A DNA stretch of 64,000 nucleotides, taken from the NCBI GenBank assembly GCA_964016885.1, contig OZ024752.1:7626001-7690000 (forward strand), given 5' to 3'. The translations under genes were made by a program, and so were the position numbers. This DNA comes from Eledone cirrhosa. Taxonomy: Eukaryota. Positions 1-20,426 of the stretch are shown here, piece by piece; positions within the stretch are counted from its first letter, which is position 1, and the number at the start of each line of letters is the position of its first letter. Below the pieces are notes generated by a model, which was not told the origin of the DNA, searched no databases, and saw nothing but the letters and a program-made list of their open reading frames with translations.

Positions 1-79
1 GTATCTGTGTGTCTGTGTCTGTCTGTCTGTATGTCTCTGTGTCTGTCTGTCTGTCTATCAATGTGTCTTTTTTAAAGAC

Positions 80-281
80 AGTAACGTGAGGTTAAAGGGA
101 AATGTTGCTGCTATTACTAGCAGACTGTGCAACCATGTGAAAGGCTTCCTCAACTTCAAAAGTCACATTGGATAATGTGGTCCTGAGTTCTTTTGCACCT
201 AGGACAAAAGACTAGATGGTCACAGCTGGAATGTCTCCAATCACTGACCTACTCAGTGTTAACCTGGGGCTAAACAACAAC
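80..281 (+). mobile_element. Possible old SINE-like fragment ending in an (AAC)n tail
   Basis: Ends acctggggctaaacaacaac, a retroposon-like 3' end; no internal confirmation within the window. Confidence 0.3.
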
Positions 282-529
282 TTGAAGCATGACTTAAATG
301 TTTCTTCTTTTGATAGTTATCCTTGATAGACTTGTATCCAACTTGGGCTGTATATATATATTTAGGGTGTGTTCCCTAACACTTCTCTTTCAATATACAT
401 CTGCACTGATATTAAACATAATCTGGATGTTTTATATTCAAGGCCTACAATAGCACTCACTTAATGTAATCTTTATTTTAAAGTTGCCATATTGATTTCA
501 TAACAAATAACAGATGGTCTGTTTATATA

Positions 530-580
<51 letters not shown>

Positions 581-588
581 ATATATAA

Positions 589-2148
589 GCTCCTTGGCTA
601 GCGGTGTACTACCCAGGGAGCTGAAAGAAGGCACAATATGCCCTATCCATAAAGGAGGTAGTAGAGCGGAGGCCAAGAACTATAGGCCAGTCTCCCTGAC
701 GTCGCATATCAGTAAGGTCATGGAGCGAGTCGTCAGAAAGAAACTAATCACTTTCCTCGAGGAAAATGACCGCCTGACTAGCACGCAACATGGCTTCCGC
801 CCAGGAAGAAGCTGCCTTACACAGCTGCTACATCACTACGACTGGGTACTGAGACAACTACTAGACAGCTTACATGTAGACGTGATATATCTTGACTTTG
901 CGAAGGCCTTTGACAAGGTCGACCACGGAATGATATGTCACAAACTACACGGACTCGGCATAACTGGAAAAGTAGGTGAGTGGCTGCATGGCTTCCTAAG
1001 GGACAGAAGCCAGGCAGTCGCAGCAAATGGGGCCCTCTCGAGGGAAACACCGATAACAAGTGGGGTGCTCCAGGGGACAGTCCTGGGACCACTACTGTTT
1101 TTGGTGGCTCTCTCGGACATGCCCTCTGTGGTGCATGCAACAACATCCCTCACTAGCTATGCTGATGACACTAAGGTAGCACAGGCAATCAAAAACCCGG
1201 CTGACGCTGCCCTCTTACAGCAGGATCTGGATGCCATATACAGATGGGCGGAAGAAAACAACATGCAGTTTAATGCTGGCAAATTCCAAGCCCTACAATA
1301 CAAACCTGCAAACACAAACACAAATATAGCGGAACACAGCTACACAGGACCAGGAGGGACCGATATCCCCGTGTCAAAATCGATACGAAACCTGGGCATA
1401 GACATGAGCGATGATGCATCTTTTTCTTCACACATCATGAAGGTGGCGACAACATGTAGACGATTCGCTGGCTGGATCTTGAGGACTTTCCTTACAAGAG
1501 ATTGAGACACCATGTTGACACTGTGGAGGACTTTTGTCCTAAGCCGCCTGGACTACTGCTCCCAGCTGTGGTCACCCCATAGTGTCAAACTAACCACGGA
1601 GCTTGAGGCAATCCAGCGAAGCTACACCAAGAGGATTGCCAAGATGAGGGAGACAAGCTACTGGGAGAGGCTAAAGGAACTGAACCTCTACTCCTTGGAG
1701 CGAAGACGGGAGAGATACGCAGTGATCTACATGTGGAAAGTCCTGGAGGGACTAGCACCAAACTTTGGCATTGGGAGCTGGACCAACCGTCGAACAGGAC
1801 GTCACTGTGTGGTGCCAAAGGTCCCGTCTTCCACATCTAGAATAAGGAGCAGGTATTGCAAAGCCTGGGATTCAAGGGCCCTCAACTCTTCAACAGGCTG
1901 CCGAGGCATCTGCGAGACTTGCATGACGTGGAGGTGGATGTCTTTAAGAAACATCTCGACACCTTGTTATCCAGGATCCCGGATGAGCCCACAGCAAGAC
2001 ACGAGGGAAACCTAAGGGCAGCAGCAACAAACTCCCTCCTACACCAGTGGCCAACCTATACAGGCTGGAGATAAAATGTGTAGCAACAAGGGCGGTGCCC
2101 CAGCATGGCCTCAGCCGGATGGCTGAAACAGGTAAAAGAGTAAAAGAG
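589..2148 (+). mobile_element. 5'-truncated, decayed CR1/L2-group non-LTR retrotransposon (RT domain + C-terminus + 3' UTR)
   Basis: RT motifs NYRPVSLTS, QHGFRPGRSC, YLDFAKAFDKVDH, GV(L)QG and YADD, plus the CR1-type C-terminal LDYCSQLWSP and LYSLERRRER. In-frame TGA at 1503-1505 and a frameshift near 1862. The 3' end has the hairpin TCAGCC-ggat-GGCTGA (2111-2126) and a (GTAAAAGA)2 tail. Inserted in (TA)n. Confidence 0.9.
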
Positions 2149-3861
<1,713 letters not shown>

Positions 3862-4451
3862 ATCATCATCATCATCATCATCAGCGTTTAACGTCCGTGT
3901 TCCACGCTTGCATGGGTTTGGACGGGGGTAGTCCCACTTGAGGCAAGAGTGATTGTCTTGCTCGCATAGGACTGTCTGGCAGGTTTTCTACAGTTGGATG
4001 CCCTTCCTAACACCAACCACATTTACAGTGTGGGTCTGGGAGGTTTTTACCGTGTTGCCTACACGGCCACATTACAGCGTGGACTGTGTGTTTTTTTGTC
4101 GTGACACCTACACGATCTCATTTGTTTCGGCCTCGATGGCGCGGCACCAACATAACTTTACATAGAACGGGGTGGTGTGGATCGGGTGGGGGTGGTGGGA
4201 CGGGGTGTATTTGTTAGAGATGCCTACTGGCTGGAGTAGGTTTTACTATATATTTAGGTAAGGCGGGTCTTCTCTGTTACTGAGTACCGCCAAAGGTCTC
4301 GGTCCAGTGACATTGTCTTGGAGAGGTGTAAGTGTGTGATGTCGGAGTTTATCAGCTCGTCCCAGGTTTTTCTAGGTCTGCCTATTCCGTGACTACCGTC
4401 TATCTTTATTGCCCTGCACTTTGTTATACAGCTATCGACTTTCATGCGCAT
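3862..4451 (-). mobile_element. 3' fragment of an RTE-clade LINE with (GAT)n tail
   Basis: The minus strand encodes [34 protein letters not shown]...; it is a near-identical reverse complement of 19398-19957. The (ATC)n tail is at 3862-3883. Confidence 0.9.
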
Positions 4452-4461
4452 ATATATATAC

Positions 4462-4492
<31 letters not shown>

Positions 4493-4493
4493 C

Positions 4494-4560
<67 letters not shown>

Positions 4561-4649
4561 TATACATATATATACATATATATACATATATATACATATA
4601 TATACATATATATACATATATATACATATATATATATACATATATATAC

Positions 4650-4680
<31 letters not shown>

Positions 4681-4685
4681 CACAT

Positions 4686-4719
<34 letters not shown>

Positions 4720-4731
4720 ATATATATATAT

Positions 4732-4791
<60 letters not shown>
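4452..4791. repeat. Interrupted (TA)n microsatellite
   Basis: (TA)n with C interruptions. Confidence 0.97.
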
Positions 4792-4793
<2 letters not shown>

Positions 4794-4955
4794 CGTTTCT
4801 GAATTTGTTTAGCAAGATTCTTTATCTGAAATCGTGTGTTGAAACCGATATTGTTATACTTTGGGAGGGTCATGTTGCCAATAAAAAACACGCACCAGTT
4901 GCTTTCACTTCAATTTAATTTAATATATATTTATAAATTTACAAATTTACAAATT
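4792..4955. other. Short non-microsatellite island between (TA)n tracts; probably an interspersed-repeat fragment
   Basis: About 165 bp of complex sequence with AATAAA and a short (aaatttac)n end, embedded in (TA)n like the neighbouring retroelements. The family cannot be assigned from the sequence. Confidence 0.35.
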
Positions 4956-6465
<1,510 letters not shown>

Positions 6466-6577
6466 AGAGATAAGACACTTTGCCATTCTTCTCTGCTAAA
6501 ATGTACCAGTAGAGCTGATTCAAATTTTCCCAGCCAGCCATCCACCTAATCTACGAAGGTATTTTAGCCTACATATT

Positions 6578-9500
6578 GTCGTTAATATTATGATGTTCCC
6601 TGCTGTATTAGCGTTAAATTTTCCCTGCTGTATTAGCGATAAATTTTCGAGGGTTTCTCTTAGTAGCTTTTTCATGTCGTTAATATTATGATGTTCCCTG
6701 CTGTATTAGCGTTAAATTTTCCCTGCTGTATTAGCGATAAATTTTCGAGGGTTTCTCTTAGTAGCTTTTTCATGTCGTTAATATTATGATGTTCCCTGCT
6801 GTATTAGCGTTAAATTTTCCCTGCTGTATTAGCGATAAATTTTCGAGGGTTTCTCTTAGTAGCTTTTTCATGTCGTTAATATTATGATGTTCCCTGCTGT
6901 ATTAGCGTTAAATTTTCCCTGCTGTATTAGCGATAAATTTTCGAGGGTTTCTCTTAGTAGCTTTTTCATGTCGTTAATATTATGATGTTCCCTGCTGTAT
7001 TAGCGTTAAATTTTCCCTGCTGTATTAGCGATAAATTTTCGAGGGTTTCTCTTAGTAGCTTTTTCATGTCGTTAATATTATGATGTTCCCTGCTGTATTA
7101 GCGTTAAATTTTCCCTGCTGTATTAGCGATAAATTTTCGAGGGTTTCTCTTAGTAGCTTTTTCATGTCGTTAATATTATGATGTTCCCTGCTGTATTAGC
7201 GTTAAATTTTCCCTGCTGTATTAGCGATAAATTTTCGAGGGTTTCTCTTAGTAGCTTTTTCATGTCGTTAATATTATGATGTTCCCTGCTGTATTAGCGT
7301 TAAATTTTCCCTGCTGTATTAGCGATAAATTTTCGAGGGTTTCTCTTAGTAGCTTTTTCATGTCGTTAATATTATGATGTTCCCTGCTGTATTAGCGTTA
7401 AATTTTCCCTGCTGTATTAGCGATAAATTTTCGAGGGTTTCTCTTAGTAGCTTTTTCATGTCGTTAATATTATGATGTTCCCTGCTGTATTAGCGTTAAA
7501 TTTTCCCTGCTGTATTAGCGATAAATTTTCGAGGGTTTCTCTTAGTAGCTTTTTCATGTCGTTAATATTATGATGTTCCCTGCTGTATTAGCGTTAAATT
7601 TTCCCTGCTGTATTAGCGATAAATTTTCGAGGGTTTCTCTTAGTAGCTTTTTCATGTCGTTAATATTATGATGTTCCCTGCTGTATTAGCGTTAAATTTT
7701 CCCTGCTGTATTAGCGATAAATTTTCGAGGGTTTCTCTTAGTAGCTTTTTCATGTCGTTAATATTATGATGTTCCCTGCTGTATTAGCGTTAAATTTTCC
7801 CTGCTGTATTAGCGATAAATTTTCGAGGGTTTCTCTTAGTAGCTTTTTCATGTCGTTAATATTATGATGTTCCCTGCTGTATTAGCGTTAAATTTTCCCT
7901 GCTGTATTAGCGATAAATTTTCGAGGGTTTCTCTTAGTAGCTTTTTCATGTCGTTAATATTATGATGTTCCCTGCTGTATTAGCGTTAAATTTTCCCTGC
8001 TGTATTAGCGATAAATTTTCGAGGGTTTCTCTTAGTAGCTTTTTCATGTCGTTAATATTATGATGTTCCCTGCTGTATTAGCGTTAAATTTTCCCTGCTG
8101 TATTAGCGATAAATTTTCGAGGGTTTCTCTTAGTAGCTTTTTCATGTCGTTAATATTATGATGTTCCCTGCTGTATTAGCGTTAAATTTTCCCTGCTGTA
8201 TTAGCGATAAATTTTCGAGGGTTTCTCTTAGTAGCTTTTTCATGTCGTTAATATTATGATGTTCCCTGCTGTATTAGCGTTAAATTTTCCCTGCTGTATT
8301 AGCGATAAATTTTCGAGGGTTTCTCTTAGTAGCTTTTTCATGTCGTTAATATTATGATGTTCCCTGCTGTATTAGCGTTAAATTTTCCCTGCTGTATTAG
8401 CGATAAATTTTCGAGGGTTTCTCTTAGTAGCTTTTTCATGTCGTTAATATTATGATGTTCCCTGCTGTATTAGCGTTAAATTTTCCCTGCTGTATTAGCG
8501 ATAAATTTTCGAGGGTTTCTCTTAGTAGCTTTTTCATGTCGTTAATATTATGATGTTCCCTGCTGTATTAGCGTTAAATTTTCCCTGCTGTATTAGCGAT
8601 AAATTTTCGAGGGTTTCTCTTAGTAGCTTTTTCATGTCGTTAATATTATGATGTTCCCTGCTGTATTAGCGTTAAATTTTCCCTGCTGTATTAGCGATAA
8701 ATTTTCGAGGGTTTCTCTTAGTAGCTTTTTCATGTCGTTAATATTATGATGTTCCCTGCTGTATTAGCGTTAAATTTTCCCTGCTGTATTAGCGATAAAT
8801 TTTCGAGGGTTTCTCTTAGTAGCTTTTTCATGTCGTTAATATTATGATGTTCCCTGCTGTATTAGCGTTAAATTTTCCCTGCTGTATTAGCGATAAATTT
8901 TCGAGGGTTTCTCTTAGTAGCTTTTTCATGTCGTTAATATTATGATGTTCCCTGCTGTATTAGCGTTAAATTTTCCCTGCTGTATTAGCGATAAATTTTC
9001 GAGGGTTTCTCTTAGTAGCTTTTTCATGTCGTTAATATTATGATGTTCCCTGCTGTATTAGCGTTAAATTTTCCCTGCTGTATTAGCGATACATTTTCGA
9101 GGGTTTCTCTTAGTAGCTTTTTCATGTCGTTAATATTATGATGTTCCCTGCTGTATTAGCGTTAAATTTTCCCTGCTGTATTAGCGATAAATTTTCGAGG
9201 GTTTCTCTTAGTAGCTTTTTCATGTCGTTAATATTATGATGTTCCCTGCTGTATTAGCGTTAAATTTTCCCTGCTGTATTAGCGATAAATTTTCGAGGGT
9301 TTCTCTTAGTAGCCTTTTCATGTCGTTAATATTATGATGTTCCCTGCTGTATTAGCGTTAAATTTTCCCTGCTGTATTAGCGATAAATTTTCGAGGGTTT
9401 CTCTTAGTAGCCTTTTCATGTCGTTAATATTATGATGTTCCCTGCTGTATTAGCGTTAAATTTTCCCTGCTGTATTAGCGATAAATTTTCGAGGGTTTCT

Positions 9501-12500
9501 CTTAGTAGCTTTTTCATGTCGTTAATATTATGATGTTCCCTGCTGTATTAGCGTTAAATTTTCCCTGCTGTATTAGCGATAAATTTTCGAGGGTTTCTCT
9601 TAGTAGCTTTTTCATGTCGTTAATATTATGATGTTCCCTGCTGTATTAGCGTTAAATTTTCCCTGCTGTATTAGCGATAAATTTTCGAGGGTTTCTCTTA
9701 GTAGCTTTTTCATGTCGTTAATATTATGATGTTCCCTGCTGTATTAGCGTTAAATTTTCCCTGCTGTATTAGCGATAAATTTTCGAGGGTTTCTCTTAGT
9801 AGCTTTTTTCATGACGTTATTATTGTTAATTTTACTGATGTAGTATTAACTTGGATATTTACCAGGGTTTCTCTTAGTAGCTTTTTCATGTCGTTAATAT
9901 TATGATGTTCCCTGCTGTATTAGCGTTAAATTTTCCCTGCTGTATTAGCGATAAATTTTCGAGGGTTTCTCTTAGTAGCTTTTTCATGTCGTTAATATTA
10001 TGATGTTCCCTGCTGTATTAGCGTTAAATTTTCCCTGCTGTATTAGCGATAAATTTTCGAGGGTTTCTCTTAGTAGCTTTTTCATGTCGTTAATATTATG
10101 ATGTTCCCTGCTGTATTAGCGTTAAATTTTCCCTGCTGTATTAGCGATAAATTTTCGAGGGTTTCTCTTAGTAGCTTTTTCATGTCGTTAATATTATGAT
10201 GTTCCCTGCTGTATTAGCGTTAAATTTTCCCTGCTGTATTAGCGATAAATTTTCGAGGGTTTCTCTTAGTAGCTTTTTTCATGACGTTATTATTGTTAAT
10301 TTTACTGATGTAGTATCAACTTGGATATTTACCAGGGTTTCTCTTAGTAGCTTTTTCATGTCGTTAATATTATGATGTTCCCTGCTGTATTAGCGTTAAA
10401 TTTTCCCTGCTGTATTAGCGATAAATTTTCGAGGGTTTCTCTTAGTAGCTTTTTCATGTCGTTAATATTATGATGTTCCCTGCTGTATTAGCGTTAAATT
10501 TTCCCTGCTGTATTAGCGATAAATTTTCGAGGGTTTCTCTTAGTAGCTTTTTCATGTCGTTAATATTATGATGTTCCCTGCTGTATTAGCGTTAAATTTT
10601 CCCTGCTGTATTAGCGATAAATTTTCGAGGGTTTCTCTTAGTAGCTTTTTCATGTCGTTAATATTATGATGTTCCCTGCTGTATTAGCGTTAAATTTTCC
10701 CTGCTGTATTAGCGATAAATTTTCGAGGGTTTCTCTTAGTAGCTTTTTCATGTCGTTAATATTATGATGTTCCCTGCTGTATTAGCGTTAAATTTTCCCT
10801 GCTGTATTAGCGATAAATTTTCGAGGGTTTCTCTTAGTAGCTTTTTCATGTCGTTAATATTATGATGTTCCCTGCTGTATTAGCGTTAAATTTTCCCTGC
10901 TGTATTAGCGATAAATTTTCGAGGGTTTCTCTTAGTAGCTTTTTCATGTCGTTAATATTATGATGTTCCCTGCTGTATTAGCGTTAAATTTTCCCTGCTG
11001 TATTAGCGATAAATTTTCGAGGGTTTCTCTTAGTAGCTTTTTCATGTCGTTAATATTATGATGTTCCCTGCTGTATTAGCGTTAAATTTTCCCTGCTGTA
11101 TTAGCGATAAATTTTCGAGGGTTTCTCTTAGTAGCTTTTTCATGTCGTTAATATTATGATGTTCCCTGCTGTATTAGCGTTAAATTTTCCCTGCTGTATT
11201 AGCGATAAATTTTCGAGGGTTTCTCTTAGTAGCTTTTTTCATGACGTTATTATTGTTAATTTTACTGATGTAGTATTAACTTGGATATTTACCAGGGTTT
11301 CTCTTAGTAGCTTTTTCATGTCGTTAATATTATGATGTTCCCTGCTGTATTAGCGTTAAATTTTCCCTGCTGTATTAGCGATAAATTTTCGAGGGTTTCT
11401 CTTAGTAGCTTTTTTCATGACGTTATTATTGTTAATTTTACTGATGTAGTATTAACTTGGATATTTACCAGGGTTTCTCTTAGTAGCTTTTTCATGTCGT
11501 TAATATTATGATGTTCCCTGCTGTATTAGCGTTAAATTTTCCCTGCTGTATTAGCGATAAATTTTCGAGGGTTTCTCTTAGTAGCTTTTTCATGTCGTTA
11601 ATATTATGATGTTCCCTGCTGTATTAGCGTTAAATTTTCCCTGCTGTATTAGCGATAAATTTTCGAGGGTTTCTCTTAGTAGCTTTTTCATGTCGTTAAT
11701 ATTATGATGTTCCCTGCTGTATTAGCGTTAAATTTTCCCTGCTGTATTAGCGATAAATTTTCGAGGGTTTCTCTTAGTAGCTTTTTCATGTCGTTAATAT
11801 TATGATGTTCCCTGCTGTATTAGCGTTAAATTTTCCCTGCTGTATTAGCGATAAATTTTCGAGGGTTTCTCTTAGTAGCTTTTTTCATGACGTTATTATT
11901 GTTAATTTTACTGATGTAGTATTAACTTGGATATTTACCAGGGTTTCTCTTAGTAGCTTTTTCATGTCGTTAATATTATGATGTTCCCTGCTGTATTAGC
12001 GTTAAATTTTCCCTGCTGTATTAGCGATAAATTTTCGAGGGTTTCTCTTAGTAGCTTTTTCATGTCGTTAATATTATGATGTTCCCTGCTGTATTAGCGT
12101 TAAATTTTCCCTGCTGTATTAGCGATAAATTTTCGAGGGTTTCTCTTAGTAGCTTTTTCATGTCGTTAATATTATGATGTTCCCTGCTGTATTAGCGTTA
12201 AATTTTCCCTGCTGTATTAGCGATAAATTTTCGAGGGTTTCTCTTAGTAGCTTTTTCATGTCGTTAATATTATGATGTTCCCTGCTGTATTAGCGTTAAA
12301 TTTTCCCTGCTGTATTAGCGATAAATTTTCGAGGGTTTCTCTTAGTAGCTTTTTCATGTCGTTAATATTATGATGTTCCCTGCTGTATTAGCGTTAAATT
12401 TTCCCTGCTGTATTAGCGATAAATTTTCGAGGGTTTCTCTTAGTAGCTTTTTCATGTCGTTAATATTATGATGTTCCCTGCTGTATTAGCGTTAAATTTT

Positions 12501-15500
12501 CCCTGCTGTATTAGCGATAAATTTTCGAGGGTTTCTCTTAGTAGCTTTTTCATGTCGTTAATATTATGATGTTCCCTGCTGTATTAGCGTTAAATTTTCC
12601 CTGCTGTATTAGCGATAAATTTTCGAGGGTTTCTCTTAGTAGCTTTTTCATGTCGTTAATATTATGATGTTCCCTGCTGTATTAGCGTTAAATTTTCCCT
12701 GCTGTATTAGCGATAAATTTTCGAGGGTTTCTCTTAGTAGCTTTTTTCATGACGTTATTATTGTTAATTTTACTGATGTAGTATTAACTTGGATATTTAC
12801 CAGGGTTTCTCTTAGTAGCTTTTTCATGTCGTTAATATTATGATGTTCCCTGCTGTATTAGCGTTAAATTTTCCCTGCTGTATTAGCGATAAATTTTCGA
12901 GGGTTTCTCTTAGTAGCTTTTTCATGTCGTTAATATTATGATGTTCCCTGCTGTATTAGCGTTAAATTTTCCCTGCTGTATTAGCGATAAATTTTCGAGG
13001 GTTTCTCTTAGTAGCTTTTTCATGTCGTTAATATTATGATGTTCCCTGCTGTATTAGCGTTAAATTTTCCCTGCTGTATTAGCGATAAATTTTCGAGGGT
13101 TTCTCTTAGTAGCTTTTTCATGTCGTTAATATTATGATGTTCCCTGCTGTATTAGCGTTAAATTTTCCCTGCTGTATTAGCGATAAATTTTCGAGGGTTT
13201 CTCTTAGTAGCTTTTTCATGTCGTTAATATTATGATGTTCCCTGCTGTATTAGCGTTAAATTTTCCCTGCTGTATTAGCGATAAATTTTCGAGGGTTTCT
13301 CTTAGTAGCTTTTTCATGTCGTTAATATTATGATGTTCCCTGCTGTATTAGCGTTAAATTTTCCCTGCTGTATTAGCGATAAATTTTCGAGGGTTTCTCT
13401 TAGTAGCTTTTTCATGTCGTTAATATTATGATGTTCCCTGCTGTATTAGCGTTAAATTTTCCCTGCTGTATTAGCGATAAATTTTCGAGGGTTTCTCTTA
13501 GTAGCTTTTTTCATGACGTTATTATTGTTAATTTTACTGATGTAGTATTAACTTGGATATTTACCAGGGTTTCTCTTAGTAGCTTTTTCATGTCGTTAAT
13601 ATTATGATGTTCCCTGCTGTATTAGCGTTAAATTTTCCCTGCTGTATTAGCGATAAATTTTCGAGGGTTTCTCTTAGTAGCTTTTTTCATGACGTTATTA
13701 TTGTTAATTTTACTGATGTAGTATTAACTTGGATATTTACCATGCGACCCTGTATTAGCGTTAAATTTTCCCTGCTGTATTAGCGATAAATTTTCGAGGG
13801 TTTCTCTTAGTAGCTTTTTCATGTCGTTAATATTATGATGTTCCCTGCTGTATTAGCGTTAAATTTTCCCTGCTGTATTAGCGATAAATTTTCGAGGGTT
13901 TCTCTTAGTAGCTTTTTCATGTCGTTAATATTATGATGTTCCCTGCTGTATTAGCGTTAAATTTTCCCTGCTGTATTAGCGATAAATTTTCGAGGGTTTC
14001 TCTTAGTAGCTTTTTCATGTCGTTAATATTATGATGTTCCCTGCTGTATTAGCGTTAAATTTTCCCTGCTGTATTAGCGATAAATTTTCGAGGGTTTCTC
14101 TTAGTAGCTTTTTTCATGACGTTATTATTGTTAATTTTACTGATGTAGTATTAACTTGGATATTTACCAGGGTTTCTCTTAGTAGCTTTTTCATGTCGTT
14201 AATATTATGATGTTCCCTGCTGTATTAGCGTTAAATTTTCCCTGCTGTATTAGCGATAAATTTTCGAGGGTTTCTCTTAGTAGCTTTTTCATGTCGTTAA
14301 TATTATGATGTTCCCTGCTGTATTAGCGTTAAATTTTCCCTGCTGTATTAGCGATAAATTTTCGAGGGTTTCTCTTAGTAGCTTTTTCATGTCGTTAATA
14401 TTATGATGTTCCCTGCTGTATTAGCGTTAAATTTTCCCTGCTGTATTAGCGATAAATTTTCGAGGGTTTCTCTTAGTAGCTTTTTCATGTCGTTAATATT
14501 ATGATGTTCCCTGCTGTATTAGCGTTAAATTTTCCCTGCTGTATTAGCGATAAATTTTCGAGGGTTTCTCTTAGTAGCTTTTTCATGTCGTTAATATTAT
14601 GATGTTCCCTGCTGTATTAGCGTTAAATTTTCCCTGCTGTATTAGCGATAAATTTTCGAGGGTTTCTCTTAGTAGCTTTTTCATGTCGTTAATATTATGA
14701 TGTTCCCTGCTGTATTAGCGTTAAATTTTCCCTGCTGTATTAGCGATAAATTTTCGAGGGTTTCTCTTAGTAGCTTTTTCATGTCGTTAATATTATGATG
14801 TTCCCTGCTGTATTAGCGTTAAATTTTCCCTGCTGTATTAGCGATAAATTTTCGAGGGTTTCTCTTAGTAGCTTTTTTCATGACGTTATTATTGTTAATT
14901 TTACTGATGTAGTATTAACTTGGATATTTACCAGGGTTTCTCTTAGTAGCTTTTTCATGTCGTTAATATTATGATGTTCCCTGCTGTATTAGCGTTAAAT
15001 TTTCCCTGCTGTATTAGCGATAAATTTTCGAGGGTTTCTCTTAGTAGCTTTTTCATGTCGTTAATATTATGATGTTCCCTGCTGTATTAGCGTTAAATTT
15101 TCCCTGCTGTATTAGCGATAAATTTTCGAGGGTTTCTCTTAGTAGCTTTTTCATGTCGTTAATATTATGATGTTCCCTGCTGTATTAGCGTTAAATTTTC
15201 CCTGCTGTATTAGCGATAAATTTTCGAGGGTTTCTCTTAGTAGCTTTTTCATGTCGTTAATATTATGATGTTCCCTGCTGTATTAGCGTTAAATTTTCCC
15301 TGCTGTATTAGCGATAAATTTTCGAGGGTTTCTCTTAGTAGCTTTTTCATGTCGTTAATATTATGATGTTCCCTGCTGTATTAGCGTTAAATTTTCCCTG
15401 CTGTATTAGCGATAAATTTTCGAGGGTTTCTCTTAGTAGCTTTTTCATGTCGTTAATATTATGATGTTCCCTGCTGTATTAGCGTTAAATTTTCCCTGCT

Positions 15501-15868
15501 GTATTAGCGATAAATTTTCGAGGGTTTCTCTTAGTAGCTTTTTCATGTCGTTAATATTATGATGTTCCCTGCTGTATTAGCGTTAAATTTTCCCTGCTGT
15601 ATTAGCGATAAATTTTCGAGGGTTTCTCTTAGTAGCTTTTTCATGTCGTTAATATTATGATGTTCCCTGCTGTATTAGCGTTAAATTTTCCCTGCTGTAT
15701 TAGCGATAAATTTTCGAGGGTTTCTCTTAGTAGCTTTTTTCATGACGTTATTATTGTTAATTTTACTGATGTAGTATTAACTTGGATATTTACCAGGGTT
15801 TCTCTTAGTAGCTTTTTCATGTCGTTAATATTATGATGTTCCCTGCTGTATTAGCGTTAAATTTTCCC
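6578..15868. repeat. 98-bp tandem satellite (~95 units) with interspersed 78-bp variant units; truncated by an assembly gap
   Basis: Unit gtcgttaatattatgatgttccctgctgtattagcgttaaattttccctgctgtattagcgataaattttcgagggtttctcttagtagctttttcat (98 nt, with an internal 25-nt duplication). The variant gacgttattattgttaattttactgatgtagtattaacttggatatttacca appears from ~9810 onward. Confidence 0.98.
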
Positions 15869-16068
15869 NNNNNNNNNNNNNNNNNNNNNNNNNNNNNNNN
15901 NNNNNNNNNNNNNNNNNNNNNNNNNNNNNNNNNNNNNNNNNNNNNNNNNNNNNNNNNNNNNNNNNNNNNNNNNNNNNNNNNNNNNNNNNNNNNNNNNNNN
16001 NNNNNNNNNNNNNNNNNNNNNNNNNNNNNNNNNNNNNNNNNNNNNNNNNNNNNNNNNNNNNNNNNNNN
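15869..16068. other. Assembly gap (200 N)
   Basis: Run of exactly 200 n, typical of a fixed-size scaffolding gap; the true distance and orientation across it are uncertain. Confidence 0.97.
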
Positions 16069-19125
<3,057 letters not shown>

Positions 19126-19957
19126 CACTATTAGCTGCTAAAGGGTTCTCCCTAAAAATGAAAGGCAGGTTGTACGATGCCTGCATACGAACAGCAATGT
19201 TGCATGGCAGTGAGACCTGGGCATTGTGTGCAGAGGATATACGCAGACTAGAGAGGAACGAAGCTTGCATGCTCCGCTGGATGTGTAACAGTAATATACG
19301 TGAACGGCAAAGCATAAACGAACTAAGGAAAAAATTAGAGATAAGAGGGATCAGATGTTGTTTACTCGAGAGAAGGCTACGTTGGTATGGACACGTGATG
19401 CGCATGAAAGTCGATAGCTGTATAACAAAGTGCAGGGCAATAAAGATAGACGGTAGCCACGGAATAGGCAGACCTAGAAAAACCTGGGACGAGCTGATAA
19501 ACTCCGACCTCACACACTTACACCTCTCCAAGACAATGTCACTGGACCGAGACTTTTGGTGGTACTCAGTAACAGAGAAGACCCGCCTTGCCAGTAGGCA
19601 TCTCTAACAAAATACACCCCGTCCCGCCACCACCCCCACCCCATCCACACCACCCCGTTCTATGTAAAGTTATGTTGGTGCCGCGCCATCGAGGCCGAAA
19701 CAAATGAGATCGTGTAGGTGTCACGACAAAAAAACACACAGTCCACGCTGTAATGTGGCCGTGTAGGCAACACGGTAAAAACCTCCCAGACCCACACTGT
19801 AAATGTGGTTGGTGTTAGGAAGGGCATCCAACTGTAGAAAACCTGCCAGACAGTCCTATGCGAGCAAGACAATCACTCTTGCCTCAAGTGGGACTACCCC
19901 CGTCCAAACCCATGCAAGCGTGGAACACGGACGTTAAACGTTGATGATGATGATGAT
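19126..19957 (+). mobile_element. 5'-truncated RTE-clade LINE (ORF C-terminus + 3' UTR + (GAT)n tail)
   Basis: The frame to 19607 encodes [20 protein letters not shown]...[11 protein letters not shown]...GRPRKTW, the typical RTE C-terminal motifs. It ends in cccatgcaagcgtggaacacggacgttaaacg + (GAT)n. Flanked by (TA)n. Confidence 0.92.
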
Positions 19958-20215
<258 letters not shown>

Positions 20216-20365
20216 CCAGCTGTAGAAATCAAGCCAGATCAGTTCCTGTATGAGCAAGGCATGGTCAGCCGACCAGACACTGCCCACAACAGGACAACCC
20301 GTCTAACCCATGCTAGCGTGGAAGAACGGACGTAAAACGGTGATGATGATGATGATGATGATGAT
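20216..20365 (+). mobile_element. Short retroelement 3' end (SINE or other RTE family) sharing the RTE tail
   Basis: Ends in aacccatgctagcgtggaagaacggacgtaaaacgg + (TGA)n, homologous to the RTE 3' terminus at 19907-19957, but with a different internal part. Confidence 0.75.
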
Positions 20366-20426
20366 ATATATATATATGTATGTACTGGTTTTCTGAAACT
20401 TAGACATTTATTACAATATATGTTAC

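Noticed and set aside
4792-4955. Penelope-type terminal repeat with hammerhead ribozyme
   Set aside because: GAAAC and AATAAA are present, but I could not find a CTGANGA core with matching stems.
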